Of a stretch of 44,636 bases of DNA, positions 10,142-19,941 are shown one piece after another. The notes under the pieces are model-generated. The model worked only from the letters and a program-made list of their open reading frames with translations, did not search any database and was not told the DNA's origin. Numbering within the stretch: position 1 is the first letter of the stretch; every line of letters starts with the position of its first letter. Made by a program: the position numbers and the translations under genes. The DNA comes from Chloroflexota bacterium (lineage in GTDB: Bacteria > Chloroflexota > Limnocylindria > Limnocylindrales > CSP1-4), in the NCBI GenBank assembly GCA_031373765.1, contig JANMNF010000155.1, positions 1 to 44,636 on the forward strand, in the 5' to 3' direction.

Positions 10142-10972
10142 ATGTTGATCGAGCGCCTGCGCAGCACGGCGATCCTCGTCCCGCCCCTCCTGGTGATCCT
10201 CTGGCTCGGTGGGCCGTGGTTGATCCTGCTCGTCGCGCTGGCCGTCGGGTTCGGTGCGCGCGAAGTATTCCGCCTCCTCGAGGCGGCCGGGCACGCTGCC
10301 TTTCCGGCCCTGGGCGTGGTCCTCGCCATCGTCATCGCCGTGAGTGAACCGATCTCGAGGCTGCCCTCAGGGTCCGGTCTGCTCCTCGCGAGCATCGGCA
10401 TTCTCCTGACCGGTGCTGCTTCACTGACCCGCGAGGATCCCCGCGAGGGGCTCGCCTCCTTCGTCACCACAACCTTCGGCGCGCTCTACGTCGGTCTGCT
10501 TGGTTTTGTACCGCGCCTGGCCGATCAGGCGCCGGCAACACCGAATGGAGCTCTGCTCGAAGCGGTTGGCGCCGGTCGGGGCTGGGTGCTCGTCCTGGTC
10601 CTCGGTGTCTGGGCGTTCGATTCGGGAGCCTATTTCGTGGGTCGTCGCTTCGGCCGTCGCCGGTTCATGACCCACATCTCGCCATCCAAGACCGTCGAGG
10701 GCGTCATCGGCGGAGCGCTCGCGGTCACGGTCGTGTCGGTCCTCCTTGTCGGTGGCCTTGGCCACAGCCCGCTTCACGGCCTCCTCCTGGGACCGATCAT
10801 CGCGGGCGCCGCTCAGGCCGGAGACCTCGTGGAGTCGATGATCAAGCGCGCCGCTGGGGTCAAGGATTCCGGCCGCCTGATCCCGGGCCACGGCGGCGTG
10901 CTGGACCGGCTCGATTCGTTTCTGTTCGCCGCCCCCGCGGTACTGCTCTATGTCCTCATCGCATTCCGCTGA
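10142..10972 (+). CDS. cdsA: Phosphatidate cytidylyltransferase
   Basis: Multi-TM; DSGAYFVG, ISPSKTVEG, GDLVESMIKR..GVKDSG.LIPGHGGVLDRLDS. Confidence 0.97.
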   Translation: MLIERLRSTAILVPPLLVILWLGGPWLILLVALAVGFGAREVFRLLEAAGHAAFPALGVVLAIVIAVSEPISRLPSGSGLLLASIGILLTGAASLTREDPREGLASFVTTTFGALYVGLLGFVPRLADQAPATPNGALLEAVGAGRGWVLVLVLGVWAFDSGAYFVGRRFGRRRFMTHISPSKTVEGVIGGALAVTVVSVLLVGGLGHSPLHGLLLGPIIAGAAQAGDLVESMIKRAAGVKDSGRLIPGHGGVLDRLDSFLFAAPAVLLYVLIAFR

Positions 10973-10982
10973 TCCCAGCGCC

Positions 10983-12203
10983 GTGACAGGGGTTCCGGAC
11001 GATGGCCGGCGGATCCGCGTCGTCGTCCTCGGATCGACCGGTTCCATCGGGCGGCAGACGCTCGATGTCCTCGGGCGCGACCCGCGGTTCGATGTCGTCG
11101 GGCTCGCTGCCGGGCGTAACGCGGCGCTGTTCGCGGCGCAACTGAGCCGATTTCATCCGTCGGTTGCGGTGGTGGCCGACGACGATGTTCGAAACGCCCT
11201 GAGTTCCGTCCCGGGCACGACGCTCGAATGCGGCCAGTCCGCGCTGGAGGCGATGGCATCTCGCCCCGACATCGACCTGCTGATCGTCGGCACCGGAGGG
11301 ATGGTGAGCCTGCGGCCAGTCATCGCGGCCCTTCGCGCCGGAACGCCGGTCGCGACGGCGAACAAGGAGACCCTCGTCGCGGGTGGGCATCTCGTCATGC
11401 CGATCGCGAGAGCACACGCGGCCGCGCGCGCCGCCGCTGATCCACGGGATCCGCTTGGAAGCGCCCTCGCCTGGGTCCGGCCGATCGATTCGGAACATTC
11501 GGCGATCTGGCAGTGTCTTGTCGGTGAGCGCCCCGAGTCAATCGCCCGGCTGATCCTGACGGCGTCCGGAGGGCCGTTCCTCGACTTTGACGCAGTGCAG
11601 CTTGCGGAGGTCACGGTTGCCCAGGCCCTGCGCCATCCGACATGGTCCATGGGGGACAAGATCACGATCGACAGCGCGACACTTGCGAACAAGGGCCTGG
11701 AGGTCATCGAGGCACACTGGCTGTACGATGTCGACTACGACATGATCGACGTCGTCATCCACCCCCAGTCGGTGGTGCATTCTGCCGTGCGGTTCGTCGA
11801 CGGATCCGTGAAGGCCCAGCTGGGAACCCCCGACATGCGATTGCCCATCCAGTACGCCATCACCTACCCGGAACGCAGCCCGTCTCCGGCGGCAGCACCG
11901 GATCTGGCGGCCATCGGGCGGCTCGACTTTCAAGAGCCCGACGTGGCGCGCTTCCCGGCCCTGCGGATCGCTCGCGAGGCCGGGCAGGCCGGCCCGTGGG
12001 CAACCGCCGCCCTGATCGCCGCCGACGATGTCGCCGTGAGCCGGTTCCTGGCCGGTGGCCTTTCATTCATGGGCATCCCGGATCTCATCGAGGCCGCGAT
12101 TGCCCGGTTCGGATCGCGCTCCGGACCGCCGCCCGACGTTGAGGATCTCCTGTCGATGGATCACGAGATCCGGAGCTGGTACGCACAGGGAGCCGTCGCT
12201 TGA
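10983..12203 (+). CDS. dxr: 1-deoxy-D-xylulose 5-phosphate reductoisomerase
   Basis: LGSTGSIG, ANKE, PIDSEH, LTASGGPF, HPTWSMG.KITIDSAT..NKGLE. Start is GTG 10983 or ATG 10950. Confidence 0.97.
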   Translation: MTGVPDDGRRIRVVVLGSTGSIGRQTLDVLGRDPRFDVVGLAAGRNAALFAAQLSRFHPSVAVVADDDVRNALSSVPGTTLECGQSALEAMASRPDIDLLIVGTGGMVSLRPVIAALRAGTPVATANKETLVAGGHLVMPIARAHAAARAAADPRDPLGSALAWVRPIDSEHSAIWQCLVGERPESIARLILTASGGPFLDFDAVQLAEVTVAQALRHPTWSMGDKITIDSATLANKGLEVIEAHWLYDVDYDMIDVVIHPQSVVHSAVRFVDGSVKAQLGTPDMRLPIQYAITYPERSPSPAAAPDLAAIGRLDFQEPDVARFPALRIAREAGQAGPWATAALIAADDVAVSRFLAGGLSFMGIPDLIEAAIARFGSRSGPPPDVEDLLSMDHEIRSWYAQGAVA

Positions 12204-13306
12204 TTGAAATCGGCCGAACCATCGTCACCGTTGTCCTGTTCTTCGGGATCCTCGGGGCACTCGTTGTCATCCACGAACTTGGTCACTTCATCGTGGCCAA
12301 GCTGTTCCGCGTCCGAGTGCTCGAGTTCGGGATTGGGTTCCCACCGCGGGCGAAGGTCCTGCGCGATGTCGGAGAAACGGTCTACACGCTCAACTGGCTC
12401 CCAATCGGTGGCTTCGTCAAGCTCGAGGGCGAAGATGGCGACGAGGCCAACGACCCGCGCTCGTTTGCGGCTCAGGGCCTGCCGAAGAAGCTGCTGATCC
12501 TCGTCGCCGGCGTGGTCATGAACGTTGCGCTGGCGGCGGCGATCTTCACCGGGATTGCCCTCACTGGCGACCCGGCGATCGGGATCTACGTCCCATATGT
12601 GGAACCAGGTTCACCGGCCGAGACCGCCGGCATCCAGGTGGGAGACGTCATCGAGCGCCTCGACGGACAGGCGTTTGGCGCGTTCGGAGCCGTCTCCCTG
12701 CTCGGGGAGCTTCATGACAGCGCCGGCAAGACCGTTGTGCTCGCGATCAGGCGTGCGGACGCAGTCATCGACGTCACCGCCACGCTTCGGACGGTCAAGG
12801 AGGTCAAGGACGGGCAGGGAGCGCTCGGCATCGGCCAGCAAAAGACGTTCCCGCTGGAGCCTCGCCCGACGCCGGACCGGATCCACTACTCCGTGGATAC
12901 GGCCATCGGGCTCGGGATCCAGCGGACCGAATCGGCCATGCGCCTGATTATCGACGGGGTCGGCCAACTGGCATCGGCCATCGTCACTCGGCCGACCGAG
13001 CCACCTCCCGCATCAGGGCCGATTGGAATCGCGACCCAGATCGGGGACATCTTCTGGACGCTCGGGCCGGTCGTGACCCTGTACCTTGCCGGGATCCTGT
13101 CGGCCAACCTGGCCGTGGTGAACATCCTCCCGTTCCCGCCCCTGGATGGCGGCCGGATCATGCTGTTGCTGATCAAGCGAGTGGCGGGCTCGAGGCTGTC
13201 ACTTCGGGCAGAGCGCCTCACCTATGTCCTGGGCTTCGCGATGCTCATGGCGTTCCTGATCTGGGTCACCGGCTATGACATAGCCCGGGGCCTCACCGGG
13301 GGATGA
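12200..13306 (+). CDS. rseP: RseP/RasP M50 intramembrane metalloprotease with PDZ domain
   Basis: [17 protein letters not shown] ([16 protein letters not shown]), [11 protein letters not shown]. Confidence 0.96.
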   Translation: MIEIGRTIVTVVLFFGILGALVVIHELGHFIVAKLFRVRVLEFGIGFPPRAKVLRDVGETVYTLNWLPIGGFVKLEGEDGDEANDPRSFAAQGLPKKLLILVAGVVMNVALAAAIFTGIALTGDPAIGIYVPYVEPGSPAETAGIQVGDVIERLDGQAFGAFGAVSLLGELHDSAGKTVVLAIRRADAVIDVTATLRTVKEVKDGQGALGIGQQKTFPLEPRPTPDRIHYSVDTAIGLGIQRTESAMRLIIDGVGQLASAIVTRPTEPPPASGPIGIATQIGDIFWTLGPVVTLYLAGILSANLAVVNILPFPPLDGGRIMLLLIKRVAGSRLSLRAERLTYVLGFAMLMAFLIWVTGYDIARGLTGG

Positions 13307-14553
13307 CGACGCCGGATCGCTTGCGGCCCGTGCGACGGTCGACGGTTTCCGTTGATGTCGGCGGCGTCCTCGTGGGCAGCGCCCACCCTGTCGTCGTCCA
13401 GTCGATGACCAACACGGACACGGCCGACGCCGACGCGACGGCCATCCAGGTTGCCCGGCTGGCCCATGCCGGTAGCCAGCTCGTGCGGATCACCGTGAAC
13501 ACCGACGAGGCTGCGGCGGCCGTACCGGAGATGCTTCGTAAGCTCGCCGATCTGGGGGTGGCGGTCCCGATCGTCGGGGACTTCCACTACAACGGCCACA
13601 AGCTCCTGATTGACCATCCGGCTGCGGCGGCCGGCCTCGCCAAGTACCGGATCAACCCGGGCAATGTCGGAGCGAAGCGCCACGACGAGCACTTCCAGAC
13701 GATCGTCCGGGTCGCCATAGAAAACGACAAGCCGGTCCGGATCGGGGTGAACTGGGGGTCGCTGGATCAGCAGCTCCTGACCGATTTGATGAACGTTAAT
13801 GCCGGGCTTTCGGAGCCGCGCGATGCCCGCGACGTGATGATCGAGGCGATGATCGAATCGGCCATGCGGTCCGCCGAGCTCGCTGAGCAGACGGGTCTCC
13901 GCCATGACCGGATCATCCTCTCGGCCAAGGTGTCCCGGGTCAGGGACCTGGTCGATGTCTATCGATTGCTGGCTGCCCGCTCCGATTACCCGCTCCATGT
14001 GGGCCTGACCGAGGCCGGTCTCGGCATGAAGGGGATCGTTGCATCGACGGCCGGGATCTCGATCCTCCTGGAAGAGGGGATCGGGGACACAATCCGGGTA
14101 TCGCTCACGCCCGCACCAGGCGGGGAGCGTGAGGAGGAAGTTCGGGTCGCGCAGCAGATCCTCCAGTCGATGGGCCTCCGCGCGTTCCTGCCCCAGGTGA
14201 GTGCCTGCCCCGGCTGCGGGCGGACGACATCGACGTTCTTCCAGGAGATGGCCGAGCGAATCCAGAACCATCTGCGCGACCGCATGCCCGAGTGGCAGGC
14301 AACCCACCCTGGGGTCGAGGAGATGACGGTCGCCGTCATGGGTTGCGTCGTCAACGGGCCCGGCGAATCGAAGCACGCGGACATCGGAATCAGCCTGCCG
14401 GGGACGTTCGAGGAACCGGTCGCGCCGGTCTTCATGGATGGCAGACTCGACCGGACCCTCCGCGGAGATGGGCTCGTGGACGAGTTCATCGGGATCCTTG
14501 AGGACTACGTGGAACGCCGCTATCCGCCGACCCCGGAGCCCGTCCGGACCTGA
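13303..14553 (+). CDS. ispG: (E)-4-hydroxy-3-methylbut-2-enyl-diphosphate synthase
   Basis: [48 protein letters not shown]. Confidence 0.99.
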   Translation: MTTPDRLRPVRRSTVSVDVGGVLVGSAHPVVVQSMTNTDTADADATAIQVARLAHAGSQLVRITVNTDEAAAAVPEMLRKLADLGVAVPIVGDFHYNGHKLLIDHPAAAAGLAKYRINPGNVGAKRHDEHFQTIVRVAIENDKPVRIGVNWGSLDQQLLTDLMNVNAGLSEPRDARDVMIEAMIESAMRSAELAEQTGLRHDRIILSAKVSRVRDLVDVYRLLAARSDYPLHVGLTEAGLGMKGIVASTAGISILLEEGIGDTIRVSLTPAPGGEREEEVRVAQQILQSMGLRAFLPQVSACPGCGRTTSTFFQEMAERIQNHLRDRMPEWQATHPGVEEMTVAVMGCVVNGPGESKHADIGISLPGTFEEPVAPVFMDGRLDRTLRGDGLVDEFIGILEDYVERRYPPTPEPVRT

Positions 14554-14583
14554 CCCTCGGTCGACGGTCCACCCATCCGCGTG

Positions 14584-14589
14584 TATACT
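14584..14589 (+). promoter_or_regulatory. -10 element (TATACT) upstream of the nusA operon leader
   Basis: TATACT about 35 nt before the leader hairpin. Confidence 0.5.
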
Positions 14590-14622
14590 CCGGGCCGGAA
14601 TCGAATGGCCGCCTCCGAGGAC

Positions 14623-14649
14623 GCGTGGGTGACCCCCACGTATTTTTTT
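14623..14649 (+). terminator. rimP-leader-type attenuator hairpin in front of nusA
   Basis: GCGTGGG-TGACC-CCCACGT followed by ATTTTTTT. This matches the conserved GTGGG...CCCAC-poly(T) leader that normally precedes rimP-nusA-infB. Confidence 0.75.
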
Positions 14650-14695
14650 CGGGTGACCGAACCACAAACTGACTGTCAAGGAGGGCGATGCGACC

Positions 14696-16114
14696 ATGAG
14701 TCGAGATTTCATCGGTGCCCTCCTCCAACTCAACGCCGAGAAGCAGGTTCCGCGCGAACAGCTGATCAAGACCGTTGAGGAAGCGATCGCCTCGGCCTAC
14801 CGCCGCATCGCGAACGAAGAGGACATCCACGTCGAGATCGATGCCGACAGCGGCAAGATCCGCGTCTTCCGCGCCCGAATGGTCGCTGCGGAGGTCGAGG
14901 ATCCCCTGACCGAGTTCACGCTCGAAGAGGCTCGCGCGGTCAAGCCGACCGCCGAAATCGGGGAACTCGTCGAAACCGAGGAGCTGGACGGCGACACCTT
15001 TGGCCGGATCGGCGCCCAGACGGCGAAGCAGGTCGTCCTGCAGCGCCTCCGGGAAGCAGAGCGTGACGTGGTCTATGACCAGTTCGCGAGCCGGGAAGGT
15101 GAACTCATCACCGGCACCGTCAACCGGGTCGAGCCGCGCGCGATCATCCTCGATGTCGGGAAGGGCGTGGAGGGCATCCTCGCGACGACCGAACAGTCGC
15201 CCCTTGAGCACTACCGGATCGGGCAGAACGTCAAGGCGTTTGTGCTCGAGGTTCGGCGACTGCCGAAGGGGCCGGCGCTGTTCGTGACCCGAACGCACAA
15301 GGGCTTCCTCAAGCGCCTGTTCGAGCTCGAGGTTCCCGAGATCCATAGCGGAACCGTTGAAATTCGCGCCATCGCCCGCGAGGCCGGCAGCCGGAGCAAG
15401 GTCGCGGTCGGTTCCCGCCAGGAAGGCCTCGATCCCGTTGGCGCCACCGTTGGACAGCGCGGCGCCCGGGTCCAGGCGGTCGTTGCCGAGCTCGGCGGCG
15501 AGAAGATCGATGTCATTCCATGGAACGACGATGCCGCCGCGTTCGTGGCGAACGCCCTATCCCCGGCGCAGGTGCTCTCCGTCGACATCGACGTCGAGCA
15601 TCGGATCGCCAACGTGACCGTCCCGGAGCGGATGCTCTCGCTGGCCATCGGCCGTGAGGGCCAGAACGCGCGCCTGGCAGCACGCCTTACCGGCTGGCGG
15701 ATCGACATCCGGAGTGACGTTTCGGTCGCTGAAGCCAAGGCGGCCGAGGATGGTGGCGATGCCGTTGCCGTTGCCGGTGCCGTCGTTCCCGTTGACGTCG
15801 CCGACGCCGCCGATGCGCCCGAAGCCGCTACCGTGAAGAAGCCGCGTGCCCGCGCCAAGAAGGCCGACGAAGCCGCTCCCGCGTCCGAAGTGGTTGCGCC
15901 CGCACGCGTTGCGCCCGAAGTCGCGACCGAAGCCGCGATCGTGAAGAAGCCACGTGCCCGCGCCAAGAAGGCCGTGGAGACTGAGACCGGGGCTGCCGAG
16001 TCGGTCGCCGCAGCACCTGACGCACCGCCGGCCCAGACGACAGCAGACGAGGCGCCGGCCAAGAAGCCACGCGCCCGGTCCAAGAAGGTTGCCACCGAGG
16101 AGGTGGCGTCGTAG
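14696..16114 (+). CDS. nusA: Transcription factor NusA with an Ala/Glu-rich tail containing KKPRAR repeats
   Basis: FGRIGAQTAKQV, S1 domain, LFELEVPEI, AREAGSRSK, LSLAIGREGQNARLAARLTGWRIDI. Confidence 0.99.
   Translation: MSRDFIGALLQLNAEKQVPREQLIKTVEEAIASAYRRIANEEDIHVEIDADSGKIRVFRARMVAAEVEDPLTEFTLEEARAVKPTAEIGELVETEELDGDTFGRIGAQTAKQVVLQRLREAERDVVYDQFASREGELITGTVNRVEPRAIILDVGKGVEGILATTEQSPLEHYRIGQNVKAFVLEVRRLPKGPALFVTRTHKGFLKRLFELEVPEIHSGTVEIRAIAREAGSRSKVAVGSRQEGLDPVGATVGQRGARVQAVVAELGGEKIDVIPWNDDAAAFVANALSPAQVLSVDIDVEHRIANVTVPERMLSLAIGREGQNARLAARLTGWRIDIRSDVSVAEAKAAEDGGDAVAVAGAVVPVDVADAADAPEAATVKKPRARAKKADEAAPASEVVAPARVAPEVATEAAIVKKPRARAKKAVETETGAAESVAAAPDAPPAQTTADEAPAKKPRARSKKVATEEVAS
15833..16088 (+). 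repeat. Three dispersed coding repeats encoding KKPRAR(A/S)KK in the NusA tail
   Basis: GTGAAGAAGCC(G/A)CGTGCCCGCGCCAAGAAGGCC at 15833 and 15941; AAGAAGCCACGCGCCCGGTCCAAGAAGG at 16061. Confidence 0.85.
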
Positions 16115-16428
16115 GCGCGGGGGTTGCCGTTTCCCCTGTACGCAGGATCCCGACGCGCTCGTGCGTCGCCTGTCGGACATCGCGTCCGAAGCGTGATCTT
16201 CTGCGCGTCGTTCGTGCCCCCGCAGGGGGCGTCGTAGCCGATGAATCCGGCAGGCTGAGCGGCCGTGGTGCCTATGTGTGCCGCGACCTGGCCTGCATTG
16301 CCAGTGCATTGAACCGAGGCGTCCTGAGTCGGGCCCTCAAAACGCCGGTCCCCGAGGAGCTCCGCGCAGAGCTGCTCGCGACGGGCCTGCAGCTGAACAT
16401 TGAAGGAGGAGCCCGTGGCCAGGAGTAG
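16111..16428 (+). CDS. ylxR: YlxR/RnpM (DUF448) RNA-binding protein, absent from the ORF track; no canonical start codon
   Basis: Manual translation: ...RRIPTRSCVACRTSRPKRDLLRVVRAPAGGVVADESGRLSGRGAYVCRDLACIASALNRGVLSRALK...*, with the R.CV.C and GRGAY motifs, between nusA and infB. Start placed tentatively at GTA 16111 behind SD AGGAGGT. Confidence 0.88.
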   Translation, partial: VGAGVAVSPVRRIPTRSCVACRTSRPKRDLLRVVRAPAGGVVADESGRLSGRGAYVCRDLACIASALNRGVLSRALKTPVPEELRAELLATGLQLNIEGGARGQE

Positions 16429-18322
16429 GAGCGGCACTCGCGGCCGTCGTGGGCCCCGAAAGCCACCGCGTCGAGACGGCACGTTCACGCCCGGTGGCGT
16501 CCAGACAATCGACCCGCGTGAGCGAGGCGCCGTCGAGTTGCCCGCGACCATCACGGTCAAGGAACTCGCCGAGGTCTTCGGTGTCAACCCGGCGGATGTC
16601 ATCCGCGAGCTGATCAAGAGCGGTATCTTCGCGACGATCAACCAACTCATCGACCGCGACACGGCGTCCCTGGTTGCCTCCGAGCTCGGCTACGAAGTGG
16701 CCGAGACGGTCGCGCCAACAGCCGGTGACGGCAACGACGACACCGATGACGGCTCGTCGTCCGATGCCACGAAGGAGGAACTGTTCACTGAGGACGACGA
16801 ATCCAAGCTGATCGTCCGCGCGCCGATCGTCACGGTCATGGGCCATGTCGACCACGGCAAGACGAGCCTTCTGGACGCGATCCGATCGACGACCGTCGCA
16901 GCCGGCGAGCGGGGCGGAATCACCCAGCACATCGGCGCCAGCGAGGTCACCAAGGACGGGCGACGCGTCGTCTTCCTGGACACCCCTGGCCACGAAGCCT
17001 TCACGGCGATGCGTGCCCGCGGCGCGAAGGTCACCGACATCGCGATCGTCGTCGTCGCGGCCGATGACGGCGTCATGCCCCAGACCCTCGAGGCCATCAG
17101 CCACGCCAAGGCGGCCAAGGTTCCGCTGATCATCGCTCTCAACAAGATGGACAAGCCGGACGCGAACCCGGATCGCGTCAAGACCGAGCTGACCGAGGCC
17201 GGCGTGGTCGTCGAGGAGTACGGCGGCGACACGCCGCTCGTCGCGGTATCCGCCAAGAGCCGTCTCGGCCTTGACGATCTCGTTGACATGATCCTGCTCG
17301 TGGCCGATCTCCAGGACCTCAAGGCCAACCCTGCTCGCCCGGCAATCGGCACGATCGTCGAGGCCCGGATGGACAAGAGCCGCGGCCCCGTGGCAACGGC
17401 CCTGGTGCAGACCGGAACGCTTCGCGTCGGCGACGTCTTCGTCGTCGGTGAGACGTTTGGCCGCGTCCGCGCCCTCGAGAACGATCGTGGCAAGCGGATC
17501 ACGGAGGCCGGTCCGGCCACCGCGGCCGTCGTCCTCGGCCTGTCCGCGGTACCTGAGGCTGGTGACATCCTCCGAGCCGTGGCCGACGAAAAGGCCGCTC
17601 GGGCGATGGTTGACGGTCGCAAGGCCGACATTGCTGCCAAGGGCGGGGAGGGGAGCGGACGAGCGACCCTCGAAGACCTCTACAAGCAGATTCAGGCGGG
17701 CCAGGCCAAGGAACTCCGGATCATCCTCAAGTCCGACGTGTCGGGCTCGCTTGGCGCGATCACCCATTCGCTGGGCCAGTTGGCCACGGACGAAGTGAAG
17801 ATCAACATCCTGCACCAGGGTGCCGGCGAGATCACGGACAACGACATCCTGCTCGCCGCGGCCTCGAACGCAATCGTCGTCGGCTTCAACACGAAGATCA
17901 GCGACACGGCGCGCCGAGCGGCGGAGTCGGAAAAGGTCGACGTTCGCCTCTACGACATCATCTACCAGCTGACCGACGACATCGAGAAGGCACTCGGCGG
18001 CCTCCTCGAGCCCGACATCATCGAGGTGATCGAGGGCCGCGCCGAGGTGCGCAAGTTGATCAAGGTCGGCAAGACGACCGTCATTGCCGGCTCGTACGTC
18101 ACCGATGGCCGGATGGTCAAGGGTGGCGCGCGCGTCTGGCGCGGTGGCAAGGTCATCGTGACTGACAAGATCGAGTCGCTCCGCCGATTCCGGGACGACG
18201 TCCGCGAGGTCGCCCAGGGCTTCGAATGCGGCATCGGCCTCGTCGGCTTCTCCGACCTGCAGGAGGGCGATGTGATCGAGTGCTTCACCTCGCAGTCCGT
18301 GAGTCGGTCGCTCTCGTCCTGA
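16415..18322 (+). CDS. infB: Translation initiation factor IF-2 (short N-terminus)
   Basis: [42 protein letters not shown] 16415 follows SD AAGGAGGA. Confidence 0.99.
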   Translation: MARSRSGTRGRRGPRKPPRRDGTFTPGGVQTIDPRERGAVELPATITVKELAEVFGVNPADVIRELIKSGIFATINQLIDRDTASLVASELGYEVAETVAPTAGDGNDDTDDGSSSDATKEELFTEDDESKLIVRAPIVTVMGHVDHGKTSLLDAIRSTTVAAGERGGITQHIGASEVTKDGRRVVFLDTPGHEAFTAMRARGAKVTDIAIVVVAADDGVMPQTLEAISHAKAAKVPLIIALNKMDKPDANPDRVKTELTEAGVVVEEYGGDTPLVAVSAKSRLGLDDLVDMILLVADLQDLKANPARPAIGTIVEARMDKSRGPVATALVQTGTLRVGDVFVVGETFGRVRALENDRGKRITEAGPATAAVVLGLSAVPEAGDILRAVADEKAARAMVDGRKADIAAKGGEGSGRATLEDLYKQIQAGQAKELRIILKSDVSGSLGAITHSLGQLATDEVKINILHQGAGEITDNDILLAAASNAIVVGFNTKISDTARRAAESEKVDVRLYDIIYQLTDDIEKALGGLLEPDIIEVIEGRAEVRKLIKVGKTTVIAGSYVTDGRMVKGGARVWRGGKVIVTDKIESLRRFRDDVREVAQGFECGIGLVGFSDLQEGDVIECFTSQSVSRSLSS

Positions 18323-18356
18323 CCATCGGCGCCGAGCGACAGCAGCCTTCCATCCG

Positions 18357-18914
18357 ATGAACCAGCGCACGCAACGTGTCGATGAGCTGATCCGCCAGGA
18401 GATCGGGATCATCATTTCGCGTGAGGTTTCGGACCCGAGGATCGGGTTCGTGACGATCACCGACGTGACCACGACACCGGACCTGAGCCACGCGACCGTC
18501 TCGGTCAGCTTCATCGGTAGCCCGGAGGAGCGGACGGCGAGCCTGCGTGCCCTGAGTCACGCGATGCCATTCATCCGGCGTGAGCTTGGCCGTCGCCTGA
18601 CGCTTCGACGGATCCCCGAACTCCATGTCCAGGCTGACGTGACGATCGAGCGGGGGACACGCGTCCTCAAGCTGATCAATGAACTGGCCCTCGGCAACGA
18701 CGCGCCCGAGGCCAAGGCAGAGCAGGACACGCTCCCGACCCCGGTTCCCCGGCTGCCGCACGAGGGCGACGGCCCGCCCCCGCCCATCGTCGTGCCGCCC
18801 GCACCAGCCTCCCGTAGCGCCAGGAAGAGCGGCAAGCGATCTGGCACCCGCGTCCGGCCCGCCGGCGCCTCGGCCCGGGATCGTGGCCCCAGATCGCGCC
18901 GGAAGGCGCCATGA
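18357..18914 (+). CDS. rbfA: Ribosome-binding factor A with Pro/Arg-rich tail
   Basis: RTQRVDELIRQEI, DPRIGFVTITDV..TPDL, LRRIPEL. Confidence 0.97.
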   Translation: MNQRTQRVDELIRQEIGIIISREVSDPRIGFVTITDVTTTPDLSHATVSVSFIGSPEERTASLRALSHAMPFIRRELGRRLTLRRIPELHVQADVTIERGTRVLKLINELALGNDAPEAKAEQDTLPTPVPRLPHEGDGPPPPIVVPPAPASRSARKSGKRSGTRVRPAGASARDRGPRSRRKAP

Positions 18915-19939
18915 CCGTCGCAATGAACCTCGACGCCTGGGCGATGGACGTGCCCAGGGCGGTGATCGAAGCGCTCACCAGGGGCCGTCAAGTCCTCGTT
19001 GTGAGCCACGAGAACCCGGATGCGGACACGCTCGGTGCAGCACTTGGGATCCGGACGATCCTCGCGTTCCGCGGCGCGCAGGTCACCCTCGTCTGCACGG
19101 ATGTGCCGCCTCCGCTCTATGCGTTCCTGCCGGGCATCACGGACTTCCGCACGGACCCGGATGAGGCCGTCGCCTACGACCTCCTGGTCATCGTTGACTG
19201 CGGGTCCCTCGACCGCGTTGGGGCCGTTCGGGATCGCCATCCTGCCCTGTTCGCGGCGCTGCCGACCGTAGTCATCGACCATCACGCATCGAACGGCGCT
19301 GCCGGTGCCAGCGATTGGGTCGAACCCTCCGCCGCGGCCACCTGCGAGATGGTGGCCCTCGTCGCCATGGCATTCGGGACGCCGCTCGACGTGAACGACA
19401 GTGCGATGGCAGCCGCGCTGATGGCCGGGATCATCATGGACACGGCCACGTTCGCGCACCCCAACGCGACGCCGCGAACACTTGCCGTCTCTGCGGCCCT
19501 GGTCGAAGCCGGGGCGCCGCTGTCCGAGATCTCACGACTCCTCTATCGATCGAAGCCGGGCACACAGCTCCGGTTGTTCGGGCGGGTGCTTGATCGACTG
19601 GCAACGTCGGCCGACGGCCTTGTCGTGTACTCGACCCTGACGCTGGCCGACATCGCCGATATCGGGGCGTTGAGCAGCCACTCCGAGGGAATCATCGATC
19701 TCCTGTCACAGGCCGAGGACGCCGAGGTCGCCATCCTGTTCAAGGAGGCCGGGCCGACGACGACGCGGATTTCCGTCCGCACCAGGCCCGGGGGCGTCGA
19801 CGCTACCGTTCTGACCGGAATCTTTGGTGGCGGCGGCCACGCACGCGCAGCGGGAGCTTCGGTGGCCACGAACGCCACCGAGGCGCGCACGAGCGTGCTC
19901 CGCGAGGCGGATCGGCTCGCCCTCGCCGTCCGGCGCTGA
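18911..19939 (+). CDS. nrnA: DHH/DHHA1 phosphoesterase (NrnA-type nanoRNase/pAp phosphatase)
   Basis: HENPDADT, VDCG, IDHH, DT..F, SVR, GGGGH.RAAG; rbfA-DHH-truB synteny. Confidence 0.93.
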   Translation: MTVAMNLDAWAMDVPRAVIEALTRGRQVLVVSHENPDADTLGAALGIRTILAFRGAQVTLVCTDVPPPLYAFLPGITDFRTDPDEAVAYDLLVIVDCGSLDRVGAVRDRHPALFAALPTVVIDHHASNGAAGASDWVEPSAAATCEMVALVAMAFGTPLDVNDSAMAAALMAGIIMDTATFAHPNATPRTLAVSAALVEAGAPLSEISRLLYRSKPGTQLRLFGRVLDRLATSADGLVVYSTLTLADIADIGALSSHSEGIIDLLSQAEDAEVAILFKEAGPTTTRISVRTRPGGVDATVLTGIFGGGGHARAAGASVATNATEARTSVLREADRLALAVRR

Positions 19940-19941
19940 GC

